A stretch of DNA of 64,000 bases from Eledone cirrhosa (GCA_964016885.1 OZ024742.1:40176001-40240000), one strand, 5' to 3'; positions 1-12,742 are shown, counted from the stretch's first letter. Notes: generated by a model from the sequence alone, not told the origin. Made by a program: numbers and translations.

Positions 1-313
1 TCGGCCCTCCGCCATGCCCACATAAGATTTGACCTCCTGTGGTTCGTTTGGTCGGTTGGAAGTGACCATAGCTTCATAGATTACAGCTGGTGTGTTGCAT
101 TGCTGTTGAAGGGGGCAAGCTTCAGGCTTACGGCAAGAGCACCCTGGTGGGATGTTGCTCCTAGGGCTGCTGGTGATGTGGGCCTTCATGTTCTTAGCGC
201 AGGAGTATCCTAGTTTAACTTTGTGCTTGCCCCCTTCAACAGCAATGCAACACACCAGCTGTAATCTATGAAGCTGTGGTCACTTCCTACCGACCAAACG
301 AACCACAGGAGGT
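1..313 (-). mobile_element. Penelope-like element fragment (linker and start of GIY-YIG endonuclease), 5'-truncated, with an inverted duplication of internal sequence
   Basis: Minus strand of 1-224 translates KVKLGYSCAKNMKAHI...CSCRKPEACPLQQQCNTPAVIYEAMV...KSYVGMAEG, the Cys cluster plus VIY..YVG pattern of PLE GIY-YIG domains. 225-313 is an inverted copy of 32-120. Confidence 0.8.
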
Positions 314-408
314 GTGTATGTTTATATCTATGTGTATGTGCACACTCTCAGATAACCTGGCACTAATATTAAAATTTAAATATTTACACTACTAGATGTT
401 TACGTTTG

Positions 409-526
<118 letters not shown>

Positions 527-683
527 AAGAATTAGTATATCTACTAACATATATATACAGATGCATAACAATGCCAGCAAATATATAGTAACTTTGTGGT
601 TCAATGCATGGGGATGCAGAACAATAATATGAAAGACGCAAAATAAGAAAATTATAAAAATTAACTTACTTACTAAAATTTCA

Positions 684-761
684 CTCCAACTATAGTTTCT
701 GAAAGGGAATAAACATAGTTTCCGAAGAAATGTACGGAGAAGCCTTTCGTCATCAGGGAAG
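684..761 (-). ncRNA. Type I hammerhead ribozyme motif (inverted arm copy)
   Basis: Reverse complement of the 983-1062 motif, but stem III reads AACUAUAGUU. Confidence 0.65.
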
Positions 762-982
762 TCTATTCTCAGCTAAGTTTCCAGGCAATGCGTGGACACA
801 GGTAACTTATACAAAAATAATTCAGTGGATGGAAAAAAGCAAAGCGTGGACTAAGTTCCAAGCCATTGAAAAAATCACTGCCTACTGCGTCGGTGGCAAA
901 TTCAAAAGAATTAATCACGTGAATTATTTTTGTATAAGTTACCTGTGTCCACGCATTGCCTGGAAACTTAGCTGAGAATAGA

Positions 983-1062
983 CTTCCCTGATGACGAAAG
1001 GCTTCTCCGTACGTTTCTTCGGAAACTATGTTTATTCCCTTTCAGAAACTAATTAGTTGGAG
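983..1062 (+). ncRNA. Type I hammerhead ribozyme motif
   Basis: uucc-CUGAUGA-c-GAAAGG..CCUUUC-a-GAAA-CU aauu AG-UU-ggag. Stem III is the palindrome AACUAAUUAGUU; the first stem II pair is a non-canonical C.A. Confidence 0.65.
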
Positions 1063-1355
1063 TGAAATTTTAGTAAGTAAGTTAATTTTTATAATTTTCT
1101 TATTTTACGTCTTTCATATATATATATATATATTTCGTTTCTGAATTTGTTTAGCAAGATTCTTTATCTGAAATCGTGTGTTGAAACCGATGTTGTTATA
1201 CTTTGGGAGGGTCATGTTGCCAATAAGAAACACACGCACCAGTTGCTTTCACTTCAATTTATTATATATTTATAAATTTACAAATTTACAAATCTACAAA
1301 CTTATAAATTTCTGGTTGGTTGGTTGGTTCCACAACCAGATAGTTGTTTATATAT

Positions 1356-1400
1356 AGTCATAGTCCTTTCGTCACACACTCTGTGACCTCTTCAGTGACT
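1356..1400 (-). ncRNA. Minimal type I hammerhead ribozyme in the PLE 3' pLTR
   Basis: AGUCA-CUGAAGA-g-GUCAC agagugu GUGAC-GAAA-G ga C-UA-UGACU. Stems I and II are perfect; cleavage triplet CUA; same strand as and downstream of the ORF. Confidence 0.8.
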
Positions 1401-1739
1401 GGGGATTCCTTTCTTTGTTTCTGTGCCTTTCCTTTCTTCTATCCTACGCCATTTTGTTTCTGTGTGTGTGTTGTGTGCTCAGTTTGCGCATGCGCCACAT
1501 CCGGGTGTCTGTGTGTGTTTGTGTTCATTTATCTATTTGTTTATTTGTTTGTTTATTTATTTATTTATTTATTGTTGGTTGGTTGTTTGTTCTATGTGTG
1601 TGTGTGTTTTCATTTTGTCCTGTGTGTGTTTTCATTTTGTCCTTAATTGTAAGTTGTTTGTTCTATGTGTGTGTGTGTTTTCATTTTGTCCTGTGTGTGT
1701 TTTCATTTTGTCCTTAATTGTAAGTTGTGATGTTGCTGT

Positions 1740-3225
1740 TCCACTCATATTTTATATTTAATTTTGGTTGTAATTCTTTTATGCTTACTGCCTCTGTAAT
1801 TTGCCTAAACATTGCATCTTTTCTGTGTGTGGATTCTATTTGTATTTCTATGTTCTCTAATCTACCCTGTGTTCTATCTTAGCATGTTGGTAGAGCACAG
1901 ATGATTCTTTATTATTTTGAAGGTCTCGCCAGTGTTCATTTATTCGTTCCCCTATACTACGAGCTGTCTCACCTATGTACACTATATTTTTGTTTCTACA
2001 TTGTCCTTCAGTACATCTTAGGCTATACACTACATTTCTAGTTTTACAGTTAATATGGGGGCTTATTTTACAGGTTATACATTTCTTATCTATACATGAG
2101 GGTCTTTGGAACGGGTATGTCTTGCTAATAAGTGTTTTTACGGAGGTACCTGGTCTTTCTACTATCTTAATATTGAGTTTATGTTTATTTAGGGCCCTTC
2201 TAAATTTGTAGGCTAGTTCGCCTCTAGGGGTTGTATTGATGAACATTACACTCTGGTATTTATTGCTATCATACCATGAGTTTATTCTATTGGCCTTGTT
2301 CCTAGTTCTTTCTATTCTATTCCAAAATTTGCTCCTATACAAGGGGCAGGTCCCATTTATGTCATTATTTACCATTATTTCCCATTTGGTTCTGGCTCCT
2401 CTATACACTCTGATTCTATCTCTCTGATTGTAGCCAGAGAACTGCATACGGTGGATGAAGTGTTGTATGTGTCTCTCTAGTTCTTCGGGGTTGCACATGC
2501 GGGACACATTTCTCATCACCCGTACCAAATCCGCAATCAGTATGTTGATTTTGGTATGGTCCGAAATGGCCGAGTTTCGGTGGATCAGATGTTTGGAAGT
2601 CATGGGTTTGGCATAATGGGAATGGAGGATTTGTTTTTGGTTGTTAATGGTATCTAACCAGAGCTCTGTGTCTAGTACAGGTAATCGATGGTTGGGGTGT
2701 CTACTTGGGTAGTCTATAGTAACTCTAATGCTCTGGTGGATGGAGTTTGCTATTTGCTGGATGCTTTCCATTGTGTTTTTCTCTAGTTCCTGACTGTTCT
2801 TTAGTGGGGGTGTCTTAACTACGATGTTATATCATCTACGTAGCGGGAGTACATTATCAGGGTTAAGCTGTCTTCTAATTGTTCTTTAAGTTTTTGTTTA
2901 AGTCTACTGTCCCACCATACCATGAATAAGTTAGCTATGTCGCCTGCAATACTAACACCAATGGCTGCTCCTTCCTCTTGGGCATATGTTTTACCATTAA
3001 ATTTGAACATATGTTCCTTAAGGGTTAATTTTATGCTGGCCCCTACCGCATGTGCAATCATTTTCTTCAGTTCATCGTGGTTTTCGGGTGTCCGTATGGC
3101 TCTGGTCCACCCGTTCCATCTATCTGTGTGGGTTTTCTTGGCCATTGAGGTAATGGTAGGTGGTCTGCCTCTTGCTGGTCTTGTAGGGCACAGGTTGCTA
3201 AGGTCATAAGTGTCTAGGTAACTAT
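1740..3225 (-). pseudogene. PLE reverse transcriptase / GIY-YIG ORF, frameshifted
   Basis: ORFs 2819-3253 (RT core to YVDD) and 1857-2771 (thumb, LPVLD, GIY-YIG). Homology continues in another frame below 1857 (..AMFRQITEAVSIKR). Confidence 0.9.
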
Positions 3226-3379
3226 TACTATGGGTAATGGGTTGTGGAACCAACCAACCAACCAGAAATTTATAAGTTTGTAGATTTGTAAATTTATAAA
3301 TTTATAAATATATAATAAATTGAAGTGAAAGCAACTGGTGCGTGTGTTTCTTATTGGCAACATGACCCTCCCAAAGTAT

Positions 3380-3672
<293 letters not shown>

Positions 3673-4029
3673 TGAATGAATAGATATATCTACCAAATAT
3701 ATTAATATTATACAAGGCGAAAATCTAATCTATATTTTGATGTAAACACACAATTACAACCAATTTAATAAATTGAAATAAATGAACATTTAATTACTGA
3801 CGCAGTGCCGTAGTGTTGTGGAATGTTCTATCTGTGTGTTTATGACTTGATAGTGAAAGTAACTCTATGTATATGTGTGTATGTGAGTGTGTGTGTTGGG
3901 CGAGGAAGGTATTTTCAAAATTTCTGAGATAAGTAATCTATATTATATGCTGTTTTATTTGGATTAATATATCTCGTCTTAGATGTTATATGAGGATACT
4001 AGTCCCAATAAATCAGCAGACAACAACAA

Positions 4030-4472
4030 TAATAATAATAATGGTTTCTTATTTAGGCACAAGGCCAGCAATTTGGGGGGGGGGAGGGAAAAGTCGATGA
4101 AATTGACCCCAGTGCGTGACTGGTACTTTACCGGCGGGATTTGAACTCAGTCTGTAAAGGGACGTAACTATGCTGGAAAGCATGGCGTCCGACTCTCTAC
4201 CGATACTGCCAAAATGATTTCTTATATAGGCACAAGGCCAGCAATTTTGGGGGAGGGGGGAAGTCGATTAAATCGACCCCAGTGCGTGACTGGTACTTTA
4301 TTTTATCGACCCCGTAAGGATGAAAGGCAAAGTTAACCTCGGTGGGATTTGAACTCAGATCATAAAGGGCCGTAACTCTATGCTGCAAAGCATGACGTCT
4401 GACCCTCTACCGATACTGCCAAAATGATTTCTACAATAGGCACAAGGCCAGCAATTTGGAGGGAAGGGAAAG
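4030..4472 (-). mobile_element. Head-to-tail cluster of three tRNA-derived SINE copies (family 1, long form)
   Basis: Repeated ggcacaaggccagcaatt...gtaaggatgaaaggcaaagttaacctcgg.gggatttgaactcag. The reverse strand has the B-box GTTCAAATCCC and an (ATT)n tail. Confidence 0.85.
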
Positions 4473-4473
4473 T

Positions 4474-4920
4474 TTCTTCTTCTTCTTCTTCTTCTTCTTC
4501 TTCTTCTTCTTCTTCTTCTTCTTCTTCTTCGCCCACTTATTCCTGGAAGGGTGATGGGGGTAGAGTCCTCAAACACATCTTCCAGTGGGTCTCAGAAGCA
4601 ACTGTTGCCAATGGATCCGACTGGATCCCCAAGCAAGACCAGCCGAGCTTATAAATGTAATCCAATCATTTTGCTCAGAGTATACTCCTGGGTCTAAAAT
4701 CTGTCCAGTGATTCTTCCTTGAGACATTCTAGCCACATGCCAATAGTATCGGAGCTGGGATCACTCAATTCGGAAATGTAGCAACTCTACCTGGAGTAAT
4801 TCTCAGATCTCTGAGCTACACACTCCATCAAGTAATGTTACTCCAAAGACTCTTCAGAGGAACCCCAATTTGGCTGCTTGTATTCGCAATCAATTTCTTT
4901 CAGTCAAGATTCATGACCAA
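4474..4920 (-). mobile_element. RTE-type LINE 3' fragment with (GAA)n tail
   Basis: Similar to 6985-7470 and 10400-11055; 3' end ccaggaataagtggg followed by (GAA)n. Confidence 0.7.
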
Positions 4921-6660
4921 GATTTATGACCAAGATTCATAAGAGTTGGCATGAATACTGGTTTTGTATCCCAAAAGTTAAAAATGGACCTTATAAAACA
5001 GCAATACCAAACATACCATTAAGCAACTTTAATATTTCTCATAAAGGAATAAACAATTTGGAGGGGTTTATTAAAATTGTTTCACTTGAGATGTCCTCCC
5101 AACACAAATGACCATAACAATAGTTGATCATTATAAATAATATTTGAAAAATCTGGTAAACCCATGTCTCTTGGATGCCTCTCAAGTATGATAATTATTC
5201 CACTATAGGGCCACTGGCCACCAATTCTATCTTTTTAGAAGGTTTTAAGCCTGTAGCTAGAAGTGTAATCAACTGGTTGGTCAACCAGTAATTATTTCAT
5301 TACTATGATAATATCTGTAACATAACTTAACGAAAAGTTACTAGATCAAATAATGTTAGGTTTTGATTTAAATAGGAACACGTTAAAATGGGTGGTTTTG
5401 TTTCATAGAACAAGGGTTGCTTTTAGAAGTTTTGTTATTACAAAGTTTAAAGATGGGTTTTATCAAAGATCAGTGTCAAACATATACCCTAAGCAACTGT
5501 AAAAGAAGGGTTTTATTAAGTTTGAAAAAGAATTTGATAGAGATATGATTGATGCTTGTGAATATGGAATCTGTTCTGCTCTTCAAATTTGAGATATGTT
5601 CATTTATATATAGGTCGTTTGTGAAATCTCAGGTGAATTGAGATTTTCTTTTTAAAACTCACAAGATGTCTAAAGTGGGATATAATTGATGGCAGCATCA
5701 TAGCAACGATGATGATGAAGAAGAAGAATATGGCCAACAACATTTAGAAAGTCATGTTATTACTGATTTGCAAATTTCCTGTCTCCACAATGAAAATTCC
5801 TTTTGTCACTGAGTTGTCTGTAAACATTTCTTTATCAGTGAGTTGTCTGTTCCAGATGAATCAGAATTTCTTTTAATCATCACTAGACTAGATAATGCCA
5901 ACAACAAAGGACTGAAGCAACCAGTAGAAATGAAACATTGAAGCAAGAACAATGACATGTTTTTGCTACCTTAATGGAGGCCATTCAGAGAAAAAACACA
6001 AGTTCAAATATTTCTTTGTTGGTAGCTTTTGATGACGGCAGCAAATTGGCAAAGTTGTTATCACATCAAATGAAATGCCTTGCTGTATTTATTCTGGCTC
6101 TCTATCATCTGAGTTCAAATTTTGCTAAGGTCAATTTTGCTTAGCATCCTTCTGGGATCAATAAAATAAAGTACCAGCCATATACCTGTATCAATACTTT
6201 CTCTCTGGAAGAAATCGGTTGCACTCAGAATTGGAAAGAGATGGTCTCAGCAAAGTTTAAAATGCCCAAGGCATGCTGTCATAACAATGTCTCTACAACT
6301 CTATCATGAGTTAAGGGTCCATGAATGGTTTCTGGTAGCTCCAGAAATATATATTTTAATTAAATAAGTAGATGGTATGTGGTATTATGTTTGGATCAAC
6401 CAGGTTTCACTGTTGCATAAACAGAACTAGCTGCATTGTCCACCTATAAATGTAGCTCTCTTGCAACTCATTTCAATTTTCATTGACAAGGATTTTGTTT
6501 GCAGTGTTGATGTCAACTGCAAAACAACAAAACTGGTTTCCTATGTTTTAATGAAACACTCCAAATATCAAGGTATGTGTATGAATCTCTTTTATTACAC
6601 ATTTTGTTATTTTTTACAAATGGCAAAATCTAAGCGACTTTAGACAAACACTCCCTATTT

Positions 6661-6920
6661 TTACCCTTTTGATATCAAACCACCTGAAACTTATAAACTC
6701 TGATTTTATGATACAAAACTATTTGTTTAAAGTGTTTATATTTATCTAAAACCTTGCCATCATAATTTTATGTGAGAACCTTTAAGTTATGCTCCAAACA
6801 CCAGCTTAATAATGAGAGAGTTACATATTTTACTAAATCTCTCCAAATTCTTATTTGCAAAATGGTTTGAAAACCACAGACAGTGGGTTTCATTAACGAT
6901 ATGGTAACAAAAGGGTTTAA
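6661..6920. mobile_element. Degenerate piggyBac-like MITE (family 2)
   Basis: Ends ttacccttttgata..taacaaaagggtttaa; related pieces near 21333-21520, 36715-36810, 60185-60380 and 60480-60700. Confidence 0.5.
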
Positions 6921-6984
6921 GAAAGCCAGAAAAGCTGCCACCTTGAAAATAGATAGGATCCAGTCTTCATTTTGGAAGAAAATG

Positions 6985-7470
6985 AAAGTTCTGAATATAG
7001 GATTACAGAATCACTATCTTCAATTCAATGTTTGCACCTATTCTTATCTATGGTAATGAATCTTGGGTAATGTCCAAAAGAATATGATTGTGAATACAAG
7101 CAGCTGAAATTGGGTTCCTCTGAAGGGTCTTTGGAGTAATATTACTAGATAGAGTGTGGAGCTCAGAGATTAGGGAATCACTCCAAGTAGAACTGCTACA
7201 TCTCTGCATTGAGTGACTACAGCTCTGGTACTATGGACATGTGGTTAGAATGACTAAAGAATGAATTGCTGGACATATTTTATGTGCAAAGCCAACCAGC
7301 AGGAGATCCAGAGATAGACCATGAGCAAGCTGGCTGGATAACATCTATGAGCTTGGTTGGTCTCACTTTGGGATCTAGCCAGATCGATTAGAGATGGTTT
7401 ACTTCTGGAAGGCACATCTGAAGACACTGTCCTCATGACCCTTCCAGGAATAAGTGAGAAAAGAAGAAGA
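6985..7470 (+). mobile_element. RTE-type LINE 3' fragment
   Basis: Degenerate PILIYGNESW..IQAAEIGFL..QLWYYGHVVRM, ending ccaggaataagtgag followed by a short GAA tail. Confidence 0.75.
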
Positions 7471-7639
7471 ATTGAGAGGACCATGACTGGGCGGATTTTC
7501 AACTCCCTGTTTGTGAACTGAGGAATAACTAGACACCAATGGTAAAATTGTGCTTCCAAATTATGTTTGAGATTGCATCACATAAACATGAAGGGATAAA
7601 TCAGATTTTGTTCCTTCAAATTTAACAGAATAATCAATA

Positions 7640-8000
7640 GTAATGATGATGTTGATTCTATAAATGAAGAAATTATCAAGGTATTTGATGGAAAAACAGA
7701 TAGACACTGATTCATGTGATGATGAGAATCTTTCCAATTATCCAATCAAGTTTCTAAATGGGTGTAAATTTGGCAGAACGATCCCACCCCATAGTTTGAT
7801 CTTGAAAATGAAATGTATTGTAATACTATTGTGAAATTTAAATAAAGCTAACAGACTTAGTAATGGAAGAAGAATTAGAATAACTGATTTACATGAATGC
7901 ATGATTGAAGGTGACATTGTTACAGGAGATGAATATTGTGTTAAGAACAAAGCAGACCTTTTGGCACCATTCTGCCAGTCAACAATGTTACCACATAGTA
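7640..8000 (+). mobile_element. Helitron PIF1-helicase relic
   Basis: Degenerate translation NDDVDSINEEII..YPIKFLN..PPHSLILK..IVILL*NLNKANRLSNGRRI..MIEGDIVTG matches the Helitron helicase pattern YPxEFLN..PPHxLxLK..LLRNL..GLCNGTRL. Confidence 0.75.
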
Positions 8001-8129
8001 TTCAATGATAGTAACATTGAATACTATCTAGTAGATGCAGCATGGCTGAATGGTTAAAAGGTTCACTTTGAAATCATTATATCCTGGGTTTAAACCCATA
8101 TGACATTTTGGGCAAGTATTATTTACCAT

Positions 8130-8235
8130 CAAATCCCGCCGAGGTTGACTTTGCCTTTCATCCTTACGGGGTCGATAAAATAAAGTACCAGTAATGCACT
8201 GGGTAATTGCTGGCCTTGTGCCTAAAGTAGAAACA
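8130..8235 (+). mobile_element. 5'-truncated family 1 SINE nested in an older tRNA-SINE (about 8035-8500)
   Basis: 12-bp TSD attatttaccat at 8118-8129 and 8236-8247. Confidence 0.85.
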
Positions 8236-9416
8236 ATTATTTACCATAACCTCAGGTTGCTCCAAGTCTTGTGAGTGAAATTGGGTAGATAGAAACTTTG
8301 GTAGCCTATAGGGTGGACTGTGCCTGTAATTCATAGTGCTAGCTTTGTCACACAGTATGTCATGGTGAATATTACTGAGAATTATATTAAGTGTACACAT
8401 GCCTGTGGAATGCTTAGCCACTTACACATTAATTTCATGAGCAGGCTGTCTAATTGATTGAACAACTAGAACACTAATTGTTGAAACCGACAGAGGTGCT
8501 ACACACACTGTATTTAGATTTTTGTTTATCAACCTATCACCCTTAATAGACAGAACTGATTCAGGTCAAAAACAGCAGCTACATCTAGAAGCAAGGAGAT
8601 GACTATTAACGTCATCACAACTATCAACAACAAATCAAACCATTACTACTTCCTGTGTATGACCATGGGTTTCTACATAAAAGTCATCTTCAGGACACAA
8701 ACCAGGACAAGGTATTTTGTGTAAGATCAGCAGTCACCCATTCATACTAGTTTCCCCTTTCCATGATACCAATGTTGTTCAAAAGAAAGGTAAAGGCCAA
8801 AACAGCTTGGCACTAGTGTCATTACAACTCTATATACACAATATATGATGTTGTCTAAAGGAAAAGCAAATGTTGATAGAGCTTGGCACCAATGTTGTCA
8901 CAACACTGTTTTACCAGGTGAGTGAAGTGGAACAATGTGAAATAAAGAGTCTTGGTCAAGGACTCATGGCGCTACCTAATTCAGCAATCGAAGTCATGAC
9001 TGTGAGCTCAACACAATAACCACTAAATTTCACACTACTACTGCTACTATAAAACCACCAATGTCATCTTTCCATAAAACTTATTATGGTTTGGTAATGT
9101 TTGTGGCATACAAATAGCAATTTAAACAGGATTGGAGGAATACCAAACACATGTATATGTATGTGCATGTATGTATATATATATATATATAACCACAGAT
9201 ATGTATATATGTAGGGTGTGAGTATGTGTATGCATATATGTATACATGCACACACACACTCACACACACATATATATGTATATGTGTGTATATATGTATG
9301 TATATGTATATTTATATATACAAAAATACCTATAGACAGATTTATATATACACAAATGCACATAATTATATATGCATAAATATAAATATAAACACATATG
9401 AGTATACATATATATT

Positions 9417-9448
<32 letters not shown>

Positions 9449-9754
9449 GTTCTCCAGGTGATAACTCCCCAGGCGAATAAAACAGTTGGCAATTTTCATC
9501 CATTCCATGAAATTGGCAAACTTCCTAACTATATTGTTTTAAATAGTATAGGTCAAAGATGAAATGTGAAAGGTAGAGTTTTTCTTTCATTAGTTTAAAA
9601 TCTATAATAGACACACACACTTACACACTCACATGTATACACACTCACATGTATACACACATACACATATTATTATCATTATTACCATTGTTTTTTTTTC
9701 TTTTCCTTCAGTATTGTTTCTGTTATGCCAAGTGTCTTCCTGATACTATTGTTT

Positions 9755-9797
9755 ATTATCATTATCACTATTATTATTATTATTATTATTGTTATAA

Positions 9798-9891
<94 letters not shown>
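9755..9891. repeat. (ATT)n microsatellite
   Basis: Directly visible. Confidence 0.99.
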
Positions 9892-9893
<2 letters not shown>

Positions 9894-10399
9894 AAGCATT
9901 CATTATTAGTTACTATTGCTGTTGTTGTTCCTATTGTTAGTGTTTAGATTTTGCTGCAATTTTCAAAATTTATTTCATTTCAACCAATATGATTTCGAAA
10001 ACGTCTTCAGGGAAAAACAATAATGAGAGAATTTTCTGCATATAAACTTTGCCAGGCACATCAAAATTGCTTGCTGTAAGTTTTGGCAATGTAGTCTTCT
10101 TACATCAAAAGGAAGATAGTTAGTAACCTAAAAACTCTATTTTGTGTTTATATGTATGCTGGACCTACATCTATATTAACAATGATTGTTCCAGTTGTTT
10201 GGCAGTCTTCTCATTTAACAAATTAGATAGTTCTGTAATTTAAAAACTCTACTGCGTGTTTATATGTGTTGGAAGTCGATCACTTCCAACGATGAATGTT
10301 CCAGTTGTTTAGAGTTTTCTCACTTAAATAATATCCATAGTTTCTAATCTAACATCTCTACTGTGTGTTGTTTATATATGCTGAAGCTTGGTCAGTACT

Positions 10400-11055
10400 G
10401 AGTTTCAGTTGTTTAGCAGTCTTCTTCTTCTTCTTCTTCTTCTTCTTCTTCTTCTTCTTCTTCTTCTTCTTCTTCTTCTTCTTCTTTGCCCACTTATTCC
10501 TGTGGGGGCAAAGTCCTCAAACACTTTTTTCAGTGGATCCTGTCAGAAGCAATTGTCTCCAACTGATCTGGCTGGATCCCCAAGTGAGACCAGCCAAGCT
10601 CAAGGATATTATCCAACCATGTTGCTCAGGGTCTACCCCTGGGTCTCCTGCCGGTTGGTTTTACCCATAAAATCTGTTCAGTGATTCTTTCCTGAGACAT
10701 TCTAAGCACATGCCAATAGTATCGAAGCTGTGATCTCTCAATTCAGAGAAGTAGCAACCTGGAGTGACTCTCTGATCTCCAAGCTACGCACTCTGTTGAG
10801 TAATGTTACTCCGAAACCCTTTGGAGGAACCTCCTTTTGGCCACTTGTATTCACGATCATATTCTTTCAGTCATTACCCAAGATTCATGACCATAAGTAT
10901 GGGTTGACACAAATACCGAATTGAAGATAGTGAGTTTGGCTTTTATAGCTACTCTCCTTCTGATTGCTGAGTGCTGAAGCTGGTACATTACTGCACCAGC
11001 CCCTGCAATTCTTGCACTTAATTCAGCTTCTTGCCTTCTATCACTCATGAACGCC
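10400..11055 (-). mobile_element. RTE-type LINE 3' fragment with (GAA)n tail and TSD
   Basis: AELSARIAGAGAVM..KAKLTIFNSVFVSTHTYGHESW; flanked by agcagtcttct and agcaatcttct. Confidence 0.85.
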
Positions 11056-11786
11056 AGCAATCTTCTCACTTAAATATTATACATAGTTTCTAACAACTCT
11101 ACCATGTGTTGATATATGTGTTGGAGCTTGGTCAGTTCTGATGGTGACTGTTCCAGTTGTTCAACCAATGGAACAGCCTGCTCATGAAATTTATGTGCAA
11201 GTGGCTGAGCATTCTACACGCACACATGTGTACCTTTACCATAGTTATCATGGAAATTTATCATAACATATGTAGCAAGTGTGGCCCATTGAATAATATG
11301 TACAACTCATTTTTGTAAGCTATGTAGAGACAAGGTATACATCGCTTCAACATATACATATACACATGTATGTATGTGTGTAAGTATGTATGTGTGTATG
11401 TGTGTATATATGTATGTATGTATGTATTCTTTTTTTTTTTGTGGAGCAAGAGACTCCTAGTTTTCATTAAGACATCTTTAAGAGAAGGTCACTCTGATAT
11501 AAAACCTGCAACTTCGTTTGCATCCAATGATGTAGACCTGTTCTTCTTTTGGGGCAAATGCATTTGATGTTCAGAGAGTGGGATTGGCTCCGTGCAAAGC
11601 TTTTCCTCACTTAAAAAGCTTCAAGCACAGCTATTGTTTGATATGTGACATTTTTTGCAATGCATGTATTGCTGGCCATAGGCAAGTCCCTAGGCTATGA
11701 CCATGATGTTCATGCTTAAGTATCAAGTGATATCATTACTTGAAATCAAGTTTTCAGCCCTTATGTATGTATGTATGTATGTATGT

Positions 11787-12412
11787 CTCTGCCATTCCTA
11801 AAGCCACATTGGGACTCAGGAAGTACCTCAACAGCAATGTGCTGTAGCAATCTGTCCAACAATATCCTGCACAAGATCTTCCCAGCCACAGATAGCAGTG
11901 AAATACCTCTGTAGTTGCCACAGTCATCTTTGGCTCTCTTTCCTTTGTAAAGTACCATCAATGCATCTTTCCAGTCCTGCAGTACATCCTCTTGAAAGAG
12001 AAACTTGGTATGGAATGGTGAATGATGGGGTCCATAATTTTGAGGACAGATGCATAGAGCATGAGAAGATCAAACGGGATGTGCGTAAGCAATGCCCAGG
12101 TGTATCTCGCGAAATGATCAGTATCTTCATAGAATTGGTGTGCATTGAGTGTGGAAAGATTTTCTTCGGCAAATCTGGTCTCAAGAGGCACAGTTACAGC
12201 CATGTTCAAAGAGAACCAGTGAACTATGAGCTCAAGGTATTGTGAAGGTTGACAGGCAACCTGATGCAAGACCTGAAGCGAGGGAGATCCATAGTTGTTG
12301 TCAATGTGCGAAGGTGTGCAAGTCTCTAGCAGGCTGGAAAAGCCATATCCAAGTGTCACACATCTGAATCTGACAAGCGATTGCAATACTCTTAGCAGAG
12401 TCTGCAGCCATC
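11787..12412. mobile_element. 5'-inverted RTE LINE: minus-strand RT piece joined to a plus-strand C-terminus with C2H2-like zinc fingers
   Basis: Minus: DWKDALMVLYKGK..CGNYRGISLLSVAGKIL..LPESQCGFR. Plus: CIECGKIFFGKSGLKRHSYSH and CAKVCKSLAGWKSH. (TATG)n on both sides. Confidence 0.85.
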
Positions 12413-12514
12413 ATGTATGTATGTATGTTCTTCTGGTTTTATAATTTTATAAATTTTTACAAATAGAGAGAGAGTCAGTGTCTAACATAGACACAAGACT
12501 CTTTCATTGGAATT

Positions 12515-12742
12515 TAACCATTTTGCATTTAAACAGGACATATCCGGCCAGAATTCACTCACCTCTTTCTGTTCAAACCAACTGTAACTTGTCACTCATA
12601 CTGATGTTAAAGTATTGTCCTCAAAATAAATAACATCAAACTTTCATAGATTCAATATTATGTGAGATAATTATGTAAGATAAAGACTTTACCCCCAAAA
12701 TACAATAGTAAATATAGAGTAATGCAAATGCTAAAGGGTTAA
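12515..12742 (+). mobile_element. piggyBac-type MITE (family 1), degenerate left end
   Basis: ttaaccattttgcattta...aaatgctaaagggttaa. Confidence 0.75.

Larger units (their letters stand above)
527..1119. mobile_element. Fold-back PLE-type terminal repeat (arms 627-824 and 920-1119) between TA tracts
   Basis: About 200-bp near-perfect inverted repeat with a 95-nt loop; each arm carries a hammerhead motif; (TA)n on both sides. Confidence 0.75.

Noticed and set aside
730-975. 81-aa ORF as a host gene
   Set aside because: It spans the inverted arm and loop of a repeat; at most its end is a PLE ORF remnant, and the similarity is too weak to call.
9975-10020. Minus-strand CUGAAGA-cguuuuc-GAAA
   Set aside because: Stem II is one pair and stem I two pairs; compatible with chance.
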